From the sequence record NC_054909.1: a DNA stretch of 64,000 nucleotides. One strand, 5' to 3'. This document shows, in pieces, positions 22,080 through 31,940 of this stretch. Source of the stretch: Escherichia phage EC121. The notes below the pieces were generated by a model. It searched no databases. It was not told the DNA's origin and saw only the letters and a list, made by a program, of their open reading frames with translations. The number at the start of each line of letters is the position of its first letter. Position 1 is the first letter of the stretch. A program made the translations under genes and the position numbers.

Positions 22080-23174
22080 ATGGCAATTGTTAAAGAAATA
22101 ACTGCTGATTTAATTAAAAAGTCCGGTGAGAAAATTTCAGCCGGACAGAGTACTAAATCAGAAGTAGCAACTAAAACATACACTGCCCAGTTTCCAACTG
22201 GGCGTGCTAGTGGTAATGACACTACAGGGGACTTCCAGGTAACAGATCTATATAAGAATGGATTATTATTTACTGCATACAATATGTCATCTAGGGATTC
22301 TGGAAGTCTTAGATCGATGAGATCTAACTACTCTTCTTCATCTTCGAGTATTTTAAGTACAGCTAGAAACACTATTAGTAGTACAGTATCAAAACTATCA
22401 AATGGATTAATATCAAATAATAATTCAGGAACAATAAGTAAAGCTCCTGTCGCAAACATTCTTTTACCGAGATCTAAATCTGACGTTGATACATCATCAC
22501 ATAGATTTAATGATGTTCAAGAAAGTCTTATTAGCAGAGGCGGAGGTACTGCTACTGGTGTGTTAAGTAATATTGCTTCAACTGCAGTATTTGGGGCACT
22601 GGAAAGTATAACACAAGGTATAATGGCTGATAATAATGAACAGATTTATACGACAGCTAGAAGTATGTATGGCGGTGCTGAGAATAGAACTAAAGTGTTT
22701 ACATGGGATTTGACGCCACGTTCAACAGAAGATTTAATGGCTATTATTAATATCTATCAATATTTTAACTATTTTTCTTATGGTGAAACGGGTAAATCTC
22801 AATATGCTGCTGAAATAAAGGGGTATTTAGATGATTGGTATCGTTCTACGTTAATTGAACCTTTATCTCCGGAAGACGCAGCTAAAAATAAAACACTATT
22901 TGAGAAAATGACATCGAGTTTAACTAACGTTCTAGTAGTTTCAAACCCGACAATTTGGATGGTGAAAAACTTTGGTGCAACATCTAAGTTTGATGGAAAA
23001 ACGGAAATATTTGGCCCATGCCAAATACAGAGCATCAGATTTGATAAAACGCCTAATGGTAACTTTAACGGATTAGCTATTGCTCCAAACCTCCCTAGTA
23101 CATTTACTCTTGAGATTACTATGAGAGAAATTATCACGTTAAACCGTGCTTCTTTATATGCGGGGACTTTTTAA
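22080..23174 (+). CDS. 48: Baseplate tail tube cap gp48
   Basis: 364-aa ORF; T4 synteny. Confidence 0.88.
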   Translation: MAIVKEITADLIKKSGEKISAGQSTKSEVATKTYTAQFPTGRASGNDTTGDFQVTDLYKNGLLFTAYNMSSRDSGSLRSMRSNYSSSSSSILSTARNTISSTVSKLSNGLISNNNSGTISKAPVANILLPRSKSDVDTSSHRFNDVQESLISRGGGTATGVLSNIASTAVFGALESITQGIMADNNEQIYTTARSMYGGAENRTKVFTWDLTPRSTEDLMAIINIYQYFNYFSYGETGKSQYAAEIKGYLDDWYRSTLIEPLSPEDAAKNKTLFEKMTSSLTNVLVVSNPTIWMVKNFGATSKFDGKTEIFGPCQIQSIRFDKTPNGNFNGLAIAPNLPSTFTLEITMREIITLNRASLYAGTF

Positions 23175-24139
23175 TGTATTCTTTAGAGGAATTTAATAAT
23201 CAAGCAATAAACGCAGATTTCCAACGTAATAATATGTTTAGCTGCGTTTTTGCGACAACTCCATCAACTAAAAGCTCTTCGTTGATAAGTTCAATTAGCA
23301 ACTTTTCTTATAATAACTTGGGTCTAAATTCAGATTGGTTAGGATTGACTCAAGGCGATATTAATCAGGGAATTACCACGCTAATTACCGCTGGCACACA
23401 AAAACTGATAAGAAAATCAGGGGTTAGTAAATATCTTATTGGTGCCATGAGTCAACGTACAGTTCAAAGTTTATTGGGCTCATTTACAGTTGGTACATAT
23501 TTAATTGACTTCTTTAACATGGCATATAACTCATCTGGATTGATGATATATTCTGTAAAAATGCCAGAGAATAGATTATCCTATGAAACTGACTGGAACT
23601 ATAATTCTCCTAATATTCGTATAACTGGGAGAGAATTAGACCCTTTGGTTATTTCATTTAGGATGGATTCAGAAGCTTGTAACTATCGTGCGATGCAAGA
23701 CTGGGTTAACGCTGTTCAAGACCCAGTAACTGGATTGCGTGCTTTGCCACAAGATGTCGAGGCAGATATTCAGGTTAATCTTCATGCTCGTAATGGATTA
23801 CCTCATACTGCGGTGATGTTCACTGGATGCATTCCAATGTCAGTGAGCGCTCCTGAGCTATCATATGATGGAGATAACCAAATAACTACATTTGATGTTA
23901 CTTTTGCGTATAGAGTCATGCAGGCTGGGTCGGTTGATAGACAAGCTGCGCTTGAGTGGCTTGAATCTGCTGCTATAAACGGTATTCAAAGCGTTCTCGG
24001 AAATAGTGGAGGTGTTACTGGATTATCTAATTCGCTTTCACGACTTAGTAGATTAGGAGGAACTGCTGGAAGCATTTCAAACATTAATACTATGACGGGA
24101 ATTGTCAACTCGCAAAGTAAAATATTAGGAGCAATATAA
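23174..24139 (+). CDS. 54: Baseplate tail tube initiator gp54
   Basis: 321-aa ORF; T4 synteny. Confidence 0.88.
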   Translation: MYSLEEFNNQAINADFQRNNMFSCVFATTPSTKSSSLISSISNFSYNNLGLNSDWLGLTQGDINQGITTLITAGTQKLIRKSGVSKYLIGAMSQRTVQSLLGSFTVGTYLIDFFNMAYNSSGLMIYSVKMPENRLSYETDWNYNSPNIRITGRELDPLVISFRMDSEACNYRAMQDWVNAVQDPVTGLRALPQDVEADIQVNLHARNGLPHTAVMFTGCIPMSVSAPELSYDGDNQITTFDVTFAYRVMQAGSVDRQAALEWLESAAINGIQSVLGNSGGVTGLSNSLSRLSRLGGTAGSISNINTMTGIVNSQSKILGAI

Positions 24140-24143
24140 CAAT

Positions 24144-24167
24144 GGGGACCGAAAGGTCCCCATATTT
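24144..24167. terminator. Bidirectional terminator between convergent genes 54 and alt.-3
   Basis: GGGGACC-GAAA-GGTCCCC hairpin followed by a T-run; same core as the hairpin at 9315. Confidence 0.65.
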
Positions 24168-24458
24168 TTATTTACGGAATGAAATGAAAGCAGCAACTGA
24201 AGCAACTAAACTGTCTTCAATATAAACTTCAATTTTTACCGGAGCTTCTGACTCAAATTTACCTGTTACTACACCTTGGAAAATGCTTTCAGTCTGTTCT
24301 GGCTTTGAAAAATTTTCAGAAGGAAAAATTCCGAACTTTTTATCTGTTCCAAAAATTTTGATAAATTCATCATAAACTGCTTCATTAAAAGCGTTATCAG
24401 CAGGAATAACGCCTTCAACTACAAGTTCTTGACCTAAAAAGCGTAAAGAAGATTTCAT
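24168..24458 (-). CDS. Hypothetical protein (T4 alt.-3 position)
   Basis: 96-aa ORF named by synteny. Confidence 0.7.
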   Translation of the reverse strand: MKSSLRFLGQELVVEGVIPADNAFNEAVYDEFIKIFGTDKKFGIFPSENFSKPEQTESIFQGVVTGKFESEAPVKIEVYIEDSLVASVAAFISFRK

Positions 24459-24518
24459 TTTGTGTTCCTCATGTTATGTCAGTAAGACTACTATAACACA
24501 ACACGAGGGACTTGTAAA

Positions 24519-26576
24519 CTACATTTTGAACTTTTTAGACATTCCGTTGATGTTAACCAAAGAAGCTAAGATTTGAGAAACTTCGTTTTCCTCTTCTTTT
24601 GATTCTTCTACAAGGAATTGATTAAATCCAGCCATTGGACGAACTTCACCAGTTTCCATTAGATGGTCGCCATCATATACTGATTCTTCTAATTGTTCAG
24701 AAGGAGGAACGATTGTGCCTTCAATTAGATACTTGTTATAAGCAGTTTCTTTCATCATGTACGTGCTTACTTTATTAATCTTCAACAAAATTCCACGCGG
24801 TAGAATAACTTCAGCTTCTGATGGAAATCCTGATAAATGACCTGGAACGATAACTTTAATTCGCTCAGCTCCTTTTATTACCATACCCACGCTAGTTTCA
24901 GCATCTTCATTAGCATATGCGGAATGACTACCCATATGCATTAAATCTTCGGCATCAACAGAACCTTCTCCTTCACCAGAAAATACTGCGCCGGAATCAT
25001 CTAGAGCCATATAGTTTTTACCATGCTCACCGAAGATATTTGGTTTAAGCGATGTTGATACGAAGTTCTTGAAATAGAACATTTTATTTTCAATATTATG
25101 GCGTAAAGTTTTAAAAGTAACTTCTTGTCCACGATAAAGCGTAGTTCCCGGAGGAAGAACTGATCCTTTGGCGAATGCAGAATCCAACGTCTCGATGTGT
25201 TTAATAGCTCGTTCCATGTATTCTTCACGGGTAGAATCTGGTTTACCCAAGAGGAACGAGTTCATTTCAACATATGAATCTGCACAATAATCTTCAATTA
25301 CATCAGACTCAGCCTGAGTCAGTCCTTTTGGAGTTACTTCGGTGCTTGCGTATTCATATGCCTGAGCAGCAGATTCATTAATCAATTTATAAATGCCATT
25401 CATGACAAATTGAATAATAGCTACCTTTTCGTCTGGTGTGGCTTTAGAACCTTTAACTAAATCATTGATAATTTTCTTAATAACATCAAAGCTATTAGAA
25501 ATATTAATGTCAGCGAGATCGCTCAAAATTTTATCGGTTTTATAATCAAAAAATTCTTTATTCTTTAAATATTCTTGAGAACCTTGATGTGTTATATCGC
25601 TCTGCAGTCTGATAGACGGATCACGTAAACGTGCATGGGCCAATGCAATATGATTTCGGAAGCTTTCTAGTTCATAATCGTTAGATTTAAAACGAGAAGC
25701 ACTTCTCATACCACCGATAGCTCCTTTGCCGAAGTTTGAACCAATCTGAATAACGCCAGAGTTCATTGGTCCTTCTGCTTTATATACAGGAACTTTAGAT
25801 TCAAACTCTTGATATTTCTTGGCAGCGAAGCTATCACCCTGAAGTGAAGCATCGACAGTAGAATATTGAGCTTGCGCTGCTAATCGACGACTAATTTTAG
25901 TTTTCTGAATAACAGCTTGATCCGTGCGCTTATCATTTTCTAAAGCAATAGAAGCAGCAACAGCAACAGCTTTAGGAACAGCATTACCTGTTTTAACATC
26001 TACATAAACATCACCAACCTTTGATTCAACTTTTGTGAATAACTCAGTTGAAATAGGAGGTACGCCTGGAATGTCTTCTAAATTGGCATTTTTACGGTAA
26101 ACCATAATATATGCATACTTTTTATCATAATCCCAGATTTCCTTTAAAAGAACATATCGACCTGCTCCTTTAGTACGTACTAAACGATCAGCAATAACTT
26201 GCATTTGACGAGCTGCGCCATTTGTTTTACTTTTTAGTACGCGGAATAGGCATGCGTCAATTTTATACTGTTTCATTGTTTGAAGAGCAGTATCAAAAAC
26301 CGCATTAATGACACCAATTGGATTTCCACCCAAGTTTTTAAGTTTAACTAATGATAGTTTCTCATTAACACCTATCATTACGATATGCATCATTTTATCG
26401 CCTGGCTTAACGTTTTTATTTGTATCACCACCAGAGGTGTATGTACAAAATCTAAATCCAGGAAGCACACTTTCTTCGCCGGCTTGAATAGCAAAAATTT
26501 GAGGTATTTTATGCTTAGGATTTAAGTTAACAACCGGCGCCGAAGCGCCGTCAAATAATTCTGTAATAAGTTCCAT
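24519..26576 (-). CDS. ADP-ribosyltransferase paralog, Alt-like (T4 alt.-2/alt.-1 position)
   Basis: 685-aa ORF; N-terminus MELITELFD shared with Alt; R / STS / E toxin-type ART motifs in the C-terminal half. Confidence 0.8.
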   Translation of the reverse strand: MELITELFDGASAPVVNLNPKHKIPQIFAIQAGEESVLPGFRFCTYTSGGDTNKNVKPGDKMMHIVMIGVNEKLSLVKLKNLGGNPIGVINAVFDTALQTMKQYKIDACLFRVLKSKTNGAARQMQVIADRLVRTKGAGRYVLLKEIWDYDKKYAYIMVYRKNANLEDIPGVPPISTELFTKVESKVGDVYVDVKTGNAVPKAVAVAASIALENDKRTDQAVIQKTKISRRLAAQAQYSTVDASLQGDSFAAKKYQEFESKVPVYKAEGPMNSGVIQIGSNFGKGAIGGMRSASRFKSNDYELESFRNHIALAHARLRDPSIRLQSDITHQGSQEYLKNKEFFDYKTDKILSDLADINISNSFDVIKKIINDLVKGSKATPDEKVAIIQFVMNGIYKLINESAAQAYEYASTEVTPKGLTQAESDVIEDYCADSYVEMNSFLLGKPDSTREEYMERAIKHIETLDSAFAKGSVLPPGTTLYRGQEVTFKTLRHNIENKMFYFKNFVSTSLKPNIFGEHGKNYMALDDSGAVFSGEGEGSVDAEDLMHMGSHSAYANEDAETSVGMVIKGAERIKVIVPGHLSGFPSEAEVILPRGILLKINKVSTYMMKETAYNKYLIEGTIVPPSEQLEESVYDGDHLMETGEVRPMAGFNQFLVEESKEEENEVSQILASLVNINGMSKKFKM

Positions 26577-26579
26577 GAT

Positions 26580-28673
26580 TTATCCTTGAACGAACTTGTA
26601 AGGCATGTTTGTAATATCTATGCAAGACGCAATAATTCCAAGAGATGATTCTACTTTTTGTTTAACATTTGATGAAACAAATGATGCAAAGTCAACTCTG
26701 TCTTCTATTTCAATATCACCTGTCATTGCAACTACTTCACCAGTTTCCATTAGACGGTCACCGTCATAAATTACTGATTCGGTGAGTTCTTCCGTAGTCA
26801 TAACTTCAGCTTGAATGAGTTTTGTATTATTAGATGTTGTTCCGTCATTATTAGAAGCATCAGTTATTTTATTAACTTTGACCATCAATCCGCGTGGTAG
26901 AATAACTTCAGCTTCTGTTGCTATTCCGAGACTTCCTGGATATACAACATTAACTTTATGAGCTCCATCAATTGCCCATCCTATTTGAACTTTAACGTAT
27001 TCAGGATTTTCTTTATACGCTCTTATTTCGTTTGGATTAATAGTTATTCCTTCTTCATTTTTATCAACTGTTAATTCATTACGAGCTTCTGGTTCTAAAA
27101 GACCAATACCAGCATGTGTAATTCCAAAACGTCCAAAAATGATAGGAGTTAAAGAAGTAGATACAAAATTTCTGAAATAGAATACTTTATTTTTAACTAG
27201 TGCTTCGTATATAGGAGCAGTCATACTTTGAGCACGATAAACTGTAATGCCTTCTGGTATACGGTCACCATTTTCAAAAGCTGAATCTAAGTTATTTATA
27301 GCAGATTCAATTTCTTTTTCACTCATTACATCATATCGTTCTGGATTGTAGCGTCCTAAAAGAAGATTATTGATGTCAGTATATCCTGAACCGCAATACT
27401 CTCTAATGCCGCGCTTTTGTGATGGAGTATATTTAGAACCATCACGGGCAATAGTAATATCAATCATTGGACCTGCACCAATTCCAGAAAAGCTATAAAT
27501 CATTCGTTTGAGGAATTTAGTTTTTGCTGCGTTCCAGGAATTTTTAGTTATTTCTTCCCAGACTTCATCTGGCTGTCCTTTACGGGTTTTATTATGTTTA
27601 TCAAGCCAATTATCTTTATATTCTTCAAAGAGTTGATTAACAGCTGCTGCGTATTTCTCCAAACATTTTATTGAAGTAGTTGGTTCATTTTTAATCGCAT
27701 TAAGAATTACATCTTTAATCTTTTCAGAAACTTCATTAACCTCACTTTTTGAAAAGAATTTATAGTCATAATGAAGTTCATCTGCAGTTCCTTCAGCAAT
27801 AATTTTTGCTGCCTTAGTTTTAGAAGCTAATGAATTAATTCCAAGCTTCATTTCTTCTGCTTCGGGAATTAAAGGAGCTGTAGCAGGTTTATTGAAATTA
27901 GCTGCGGTAGATTCATACTTCTGGAATAATTCACTTTCAAATCTAGAAGATTCTAATGATTGACTTTGTGCAATTGCTCTACGGGAAATTTTAACTTTAA
28001 CGATTACAGCTTGGTCAGAACGTTTATCGTTTTCTTGCGCAATAGATGCTGCAATTGCCTCATTTTTAGTTACTTGAGCTCCGGTATCTTTATTGATATA
28101 AACATCACCGACCTTCGATTCAACTTTAGTAAAGAGCTCGGTACTAATTTCTGGAACTCCTGGAATGTCTTCTAGTGATACATTTTTACGATGTATAAGA
28201 ATATATGCATACTTTTTATCGTAATCCCAGAGTTCCTTAAGAAGGACGTATCTGCCACCTGAACGACTACGGATAAGTCTATCAGCAATAACTTGAATTT
28301 GTCGAGCTTGGCCAGCAGTTTTAGACTTAAGAATACGAAGCATACAAGCATCAATTTTATATTGACGCATTGTTTGCATTGCAACAGTAAAAACTGAATT
28401 GATATAATTAATTGGGCTTGGACCAAGACCTTTTAATTTAGCAATTGAACCTTTAGCAGTTAATGTAAAAGGAACAATGTGCATCATTTTGTCGCCCATT
28501 TTTAAATCGCGATTAGTATCACCTCCAGATGTATATGTACATAAACGAAAGCCTGGTTGTTCAATTGCATCATCAACATGAACTGAAAAAATTTGTGGTA
28601 TTTTCTTCTTTGGATTTAAGTTTGTAATCGGAAGAGTAGTATCTTCGTCAAATAATTCTGTAATAAGTTCCAT
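26580..28673 (-). CDS. alt: ADP-ribosyltransferase Alt (virion-packaged, modifies host RNA polymerase)
   Basis: About 697 aa from the second ATG; ART motifs; adjacent to gene 30 as in T4; late promoter upstream. Confidence 0.75.
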   Translation of the reverse strand: MELITELFDEDTTLPITNLNPKKKIPQIFSVHVDDAIEQPGFRLCTYTSGGDTNRDLKMGDKMMHIVPFTLTAKGSIAKLKGLGPSPINYINSVFTVAMQTMRQYKIDACMLRILKSKTAGQARQIQVIADRLIRSRSGGRYVLLKELWDYDKKYAYILIHRKNVSLEDIPGVPEISTELFTKVESKVGDVYINKDTGAQVTKNEAIAASIAQENDKRSDQAVIVKVKISRRAIAQSQSLESSRFESELFQKYESTAANFNKPATAPLIPEAEEMKLGINSLASKTKAAKIIAEGTADELHYDYKFFSKSEVNEVSEKIKDVILNAIKNEPTTSIKCLEKYAAAVNQLFEEYKDNWLDKHNKTRKGQPDEVWEEITKNSWNAAKTKFLKRMIYSFSGIGAGPMIDITIARDGSKYTPSQKRGIREYCGSGYTDINNLLLGRYNPERYDVMSEKEIESAINNLDSAFENGDRIPEGITVYRAQSMTAPIYEALVKNKVFYFRNFVSTSLTPIIFGRFGITHAGIGLLEPEARNELTVDKNEEGITINPNEIRAYKENPEYVKVQIGWAIDGAHKVNVVYPGSLGIATEAEVILPRGLMVKVNKITDASNNDGTTSNNTKLIQAEVMTTEELTESVIYDGDRLMETGEVVAMTGDIEIEDRVDFASFVSSNVKQKVESSLGIIASCIDITNMPYKFVQG

Positions 28674-28696
28674 CATAGCCTCTCTAGTGTTTATTC

Positions 28697-28704
28697 TATT
28701 TATA
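28697..28704 (-). promoter_or_regulatory. Late promoter motif TATAAATA (minus strand) upstream of alt
   Basis: Minus strand reads TATAAATA about 25 nt upstream of the alt start; consistent with late expression of Alt. Confidence 0.5.
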
Positions 28705-28709
28705 AAATT

Positions 28710-28727
28710 AAAGGCCCGAAGGCCTTT
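28710..28727 (-). terminator. Hairpin (UUCG loop on minus RNA) after the small ORF downstream of gene 30
   Basis: AAAGGCC-CGAA-GGCCTTT perfect inverted repeat overlapping the ORF stop. Confidence 0.5.
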
Positions 28728-28914
28728 AGTAATCTAGTGGTAAGAGAGTACGATATATTTCAAACTTTGGTCCTTTTTCATAGGCATCAAATGTTTCTGT
28801 AAATTTATTGTAAGCATATGCATCTACAAATTCGAGAATGACTTGTGATACAGAAGTAGAAACATCTCCACCTTCTTTTTGAGCAATGACAATTGTTTCT
28901 AAGTAAGCTTTCAT
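28726..28914 (-). CDS. Hypothetical 62-aa protein translationally coupled to gene 30
   Basis: ATG overlaps the gene 30 TGA (ATGA); I do not recall a named T4 gene here. Confidence 0.5.
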   Translation of the reverse strand: MKAYLETIVIAQKEGGDVSTSVSQVILEFVDAYAYNKFTETFDAYEKGPKFEIYRTLLPLDY

Positions 28915-30374
28915 AAACCAGTTACCTCATGAAAATCGCCAAATACATCCTCGAATGTATTAGCTTTAGTTTTATCTTCACGTAAACGAATCGCAATCGG
29001 AAGAAATAATTTAACGTAATCAGTGCGGCCATCAGATTTTAACCAACCGTTGCATTCGCACTCTAGAATTTTTCCAATATAATAATTTTGGTTTTCCATA
29101 ATGCGAGTACGGTCAAGTTCATGCGATTTTACACCAGCTTTATCTTTTAAGCCTGAACCAGCATTTACTTTAATTTTTCCACACTCTGACTCAAGAATAA
29201 ATCCACCCGCTTTAGTAGGGTCTTTACGGTGAGGATAAATTCCTACAATTTTTAAATCAACATCAATTACTTCTTTAAATTTATAAAGATTTTTTGAACG
29301 AGCATTTTCCCATAATCCATCGATATTTTTGAGAATAATACCTTCAAGACCTTGGTCAATATACTTTTTGTAAATTACCTTAGCTTCATCTAGGTTATTT
29401 ACTACCTGGTTTTCAATTAAAATTACTTTATCATATCCCGATGTCATTTGTTCTAGTTTAGAAAAACGTACATCATATTTCAAACGAAATGCTGGAAGAC
29501 CATATATTTCTACTAATGGAACATAATCCCAGACCTGAAACTTCATGCATTGAGCTTCTTTTTCTGAAATGGTTCCCTTTAAAGATTTATTAGCGATTCC
29601 ATTAGAAGTAGTACGTGATTCAGCTACTTCGGCGAATTCTTTAGCTTTACTAATTTCAGGATAAGCATCAAAAAGAAAATCTAGGCCTTCTGGTTCCTTT
29701 TCAACTTGCTCATGGTATACCAATTCGCCATCAATTAACACACCTTCTGGATGAATCTGGCGAGCTTCTGCAGTCATTTTGATTAACTCTTCCTTGAGAA
29801 GATCTAATCCTAGATATTCATTACCAGCTCGTGATAAAAGACGAACATCATCTAATTCATCACCTCTGACTTCAGCAAAGCACCGAGCTCCATCAGCTTT
29901 TAACTGGGCAAAAGCTGGAAATTTGATATTCTTATTAATGCCTTTTTCATCATAAGAACTTGCCAGCATTTGAGGTTGTTCAGGAATTAAACCTGGCCAA
30001 ACTTTGTTTGCAATAGATACTGATGCACCACATTCAAGGTCTCGCATCATCACCCGACGCAAAACTTCAACATCATCTTTTTTACCGTCAGCAATATATC
30101 CAGTTAATTCCTCAATTGCCGCATTTCCGGTCAATTTCCGAGTAGCTAACGTGAATTCAATGAAGTCAAGCATATCGGTAAGAGTTAACATTCCAAAACT
30201 CTGGGTAGAAATACCCGGTTTAGGCCATTTCTTGATATAATACTGCAACCCACGAGAATAAGTCAGACGATATACTCGTTTAAGCAATTCATTATCTTTA
30301 TTCTTTTCAAGAATTGCTTGCTTCTGCTTAGTTGAACCAATAGATGCTATTTCGTTCAGAATTTTAAGAATCAT
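28911..30374 (-). CDS. 30: ATP-dependent DNA ligase
   Basis: 487-aa ORF matching T4 DNA ligase, with a lysine adenylation motif. Confidence 0.95.
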   Translation of the reverse strand: MILKILNEIASIGSTKQKQAILEKNKDNELLKRVYRLTYSRGLQYYIKKWPKPGISTQSFGMLTLTDMLDFIEFTLATRKLTGNAAIEELTGYIADGKKDDVEVLRRVMMRDLECGASVSIANKVWPGLIPEQPQMLASSYDEKGINKNIKFPAFAQLKADGARCFAEVRGDELDDVRLLSRAGNEYLGLDLLKEELIKMTAEARQIHPEGVLIDGELVYHEQVEKEPEGLDFLFDAYPEISKAKEFAEVAESRTTSNGIANKSLKGTISEKEAQCMKFQVWDYVPLVEIYGLPAFRLKYDVRFSKLEQMTSGYDKVILIENQVVNNLDEAKVIYKKYIDQGLEGIILKNIDGLWENARSKNLYKFKEVIDVDLKIVGIYPHRKDPTKAGGFILESECGKIKVNAGSGLKDKAGVKSHELDRTRIMENQNYYIGKILECECNGWLKSDGRTDYVKLFLPIAIRLREDKTKANTFEDVFGDFHEVTGL

Positions 30375-30640
30375 TGTTCATCCTTTAGAGTTTGGTTTAC
30401 AGCTCTATTATAAATCAATTCATCATTAAGCTCAGTCAAAGACTTGTGGTACGTGGTTCTAACTTTATTTCCTTGCATCCAGTGCTTGACGTAAATGAAA
30501 CCTTGCTCTACACATTTTTTAAAAATTCGTTCGTCTTTTTGAGCTCGGAATTCTGGATTGCATCTAAAAAATTGATTTACGTGACCGTAATCACGTGTAG
30601 TATTACCTTCATTTTCATAAATAGTGTGAACAACAAACAT
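30371..30640 (-). CDS. Hypothetical protein (T4 30.1 position)
   Basis: 89-aa ORF; ATGA overlap with gene 30. Confidence 0.7.
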   Translation of the reverse strand: MFVVHTIYENEGNTTRDYGHVNQFFRCNPEFRAQKDERIFKKCVEQGFIYVKHWMQGNKVRTTYHKSLTELNDELIYNRAVNQTLKDEQ

Positions 30641-31479
30641 TAGAATGCTCCTTGGAAAATATTATCACCACTAGTAGGTCTATTATACAAATACTCTATG
30701 CCACCAGGTTTAATATAGTTCCATGTCTGAAACGGACGTGTCTGATATGGATGATATAGATGATTATAAGGATTAAATCCAGGAGTTCTCCAGGTAGTGT
30801 TCCAAGGAAAAGAATCGTTTTTAACCATCTTCTCGATTACATCTTTTATAGCTTTTTCACAATCAAAACTTTCTTTATTTTCCTTCGGTGAAAAAAGCTT
30901 ATTCTCTACATCATTCCATGTATAAACTCGCTGCGCAGTTTTTGGAATACTGTCACGCTCCCCTCGAGCCATCCAATAAACAGGAACATTTAATATTTCA
31001 CTCGCGTGATCGCAGTGGTGAGCGAGATCGTCAATATAACAAATTACGTTATATTTCTCTTTTGCCTTTTTGAACAACTCTTCTTTTGAAGAATCATGAC
31101 CACACATCAATACTTCTGAGAAGGCACCAGGAAAAAGAGCATTCAAATTAAATTGACGATTTAGCAGAGCGTCAATAGAATCACCCAATGCTGTAACAGC
31201 TACAAAATTATAATCTTCTTTTAATTTGTTAATTACACACAGGGCATCTTTATACGGAGACAAGTAACGAATAAAATCTGAACGATTATACTTTTCGATT
31301 AATTTAACACCAAGTTCTTCATCGCAATTAAAGAGCTTACCAGGAGAAATAAATTTTTCGTCCTGAATCATTTTTAAAATATGTTCCAACGGAAGATTAT
31401 ATTTTTGGGCAAAATAAGGAAGGCCCGATTGCCAGCTTAAACACACCCCGTCAATATCAGTCAAAATAGTAGGCTTCAT
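30640..31479 (-). CDS. HAD-superfamily hydrolase-like protein (T4 30.2 position)
   Basis: 279-aa ORF with N-terminal DxDGV motif (LTDIDGVCL). Confidence 0.7.
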   Translation of the reverse strand: MKPTILTDIDGVCLSWQSGLPYFAQKYNLPLEHILKMIQDEKFISPGKLFNCDEELGVKLIEKYNRSDFIRYLSPYKDALCVINKLKEDYNFVAVTALGDSIDALLNRQFNLNALFPGAFSEVLMCGHDSSKEELFKKAKEKYNVICYIDDLAHHCDHASEILNVPVYWMARGERDSIPKTAQRVYTWNDVENKLFSPKENKESFDCEKAIKDVIEKMVKNDSFPWNTTWRTPGFNPYNHLYHPYQTRPFQTWNYIKPGGIEYLYNRPTSGDNIFQGAF

Positions 31480-31940
31480 AGAGAGTCTCTTAATAGGTTT
31501 AACACATCAATAAATTCAGCTTCGGTTAGTATTGTATCATCTTTTGTTAGACCACTAGCCATGCTATGCTTCAAAACTTTTCCTTTCGAGGCTAGTAATG
31601 CATCACGAAAGCCCTTGTTTTGAATCGCTGCTTCAAAATATGCATTTGTGTACAACTCTTTCCACGCTGGTGAGTATCTTGAAAACGGAACTCCAAGCCA
31701 GAAGAGGGTCCCACGGTCCTGAGCTCTAGCATAAGACCTTCCAGCTTGTTGGGCGGCAAGCCCGGATAACCCAAATACACGACGTTGCTGTTCAACATTT
31801 TTCACCTTACATCCTTGGAGGAATCCTTCGAGACCTCCAAATTGAATGCCATCCATAACGAAAGGCCAATAGGCGAAATTACTTAATGCACATGATGGCC
31901 ACCTAAAATTACTTCTAATCTCTAACTCAGACATTTTCAA
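31476..31940 (-). CDS. YbiA/NADAR-like domain protein (T4 30.3 position)
   Basis: 154-aa ORF; motif LSNFAYWP..DG...GLEGFLQGCK resembles the YbiA/DUF1768 signature. Confidence 0.7.
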   Translation of the reverse strand: MKMSELEIRSNFRWPSCALSNFAYWPFVMDGIQFGGLEGFLQGCKVKNVEQQRRVFGLSGLAAQQAGRSYARAQDRGTLFWLGVPFSRYSPAWKELYTNAYFEAAIQNKGFRDALLASKGKVLKHSMASGLTKDDTILTEAEFIDVLNLLRDSL

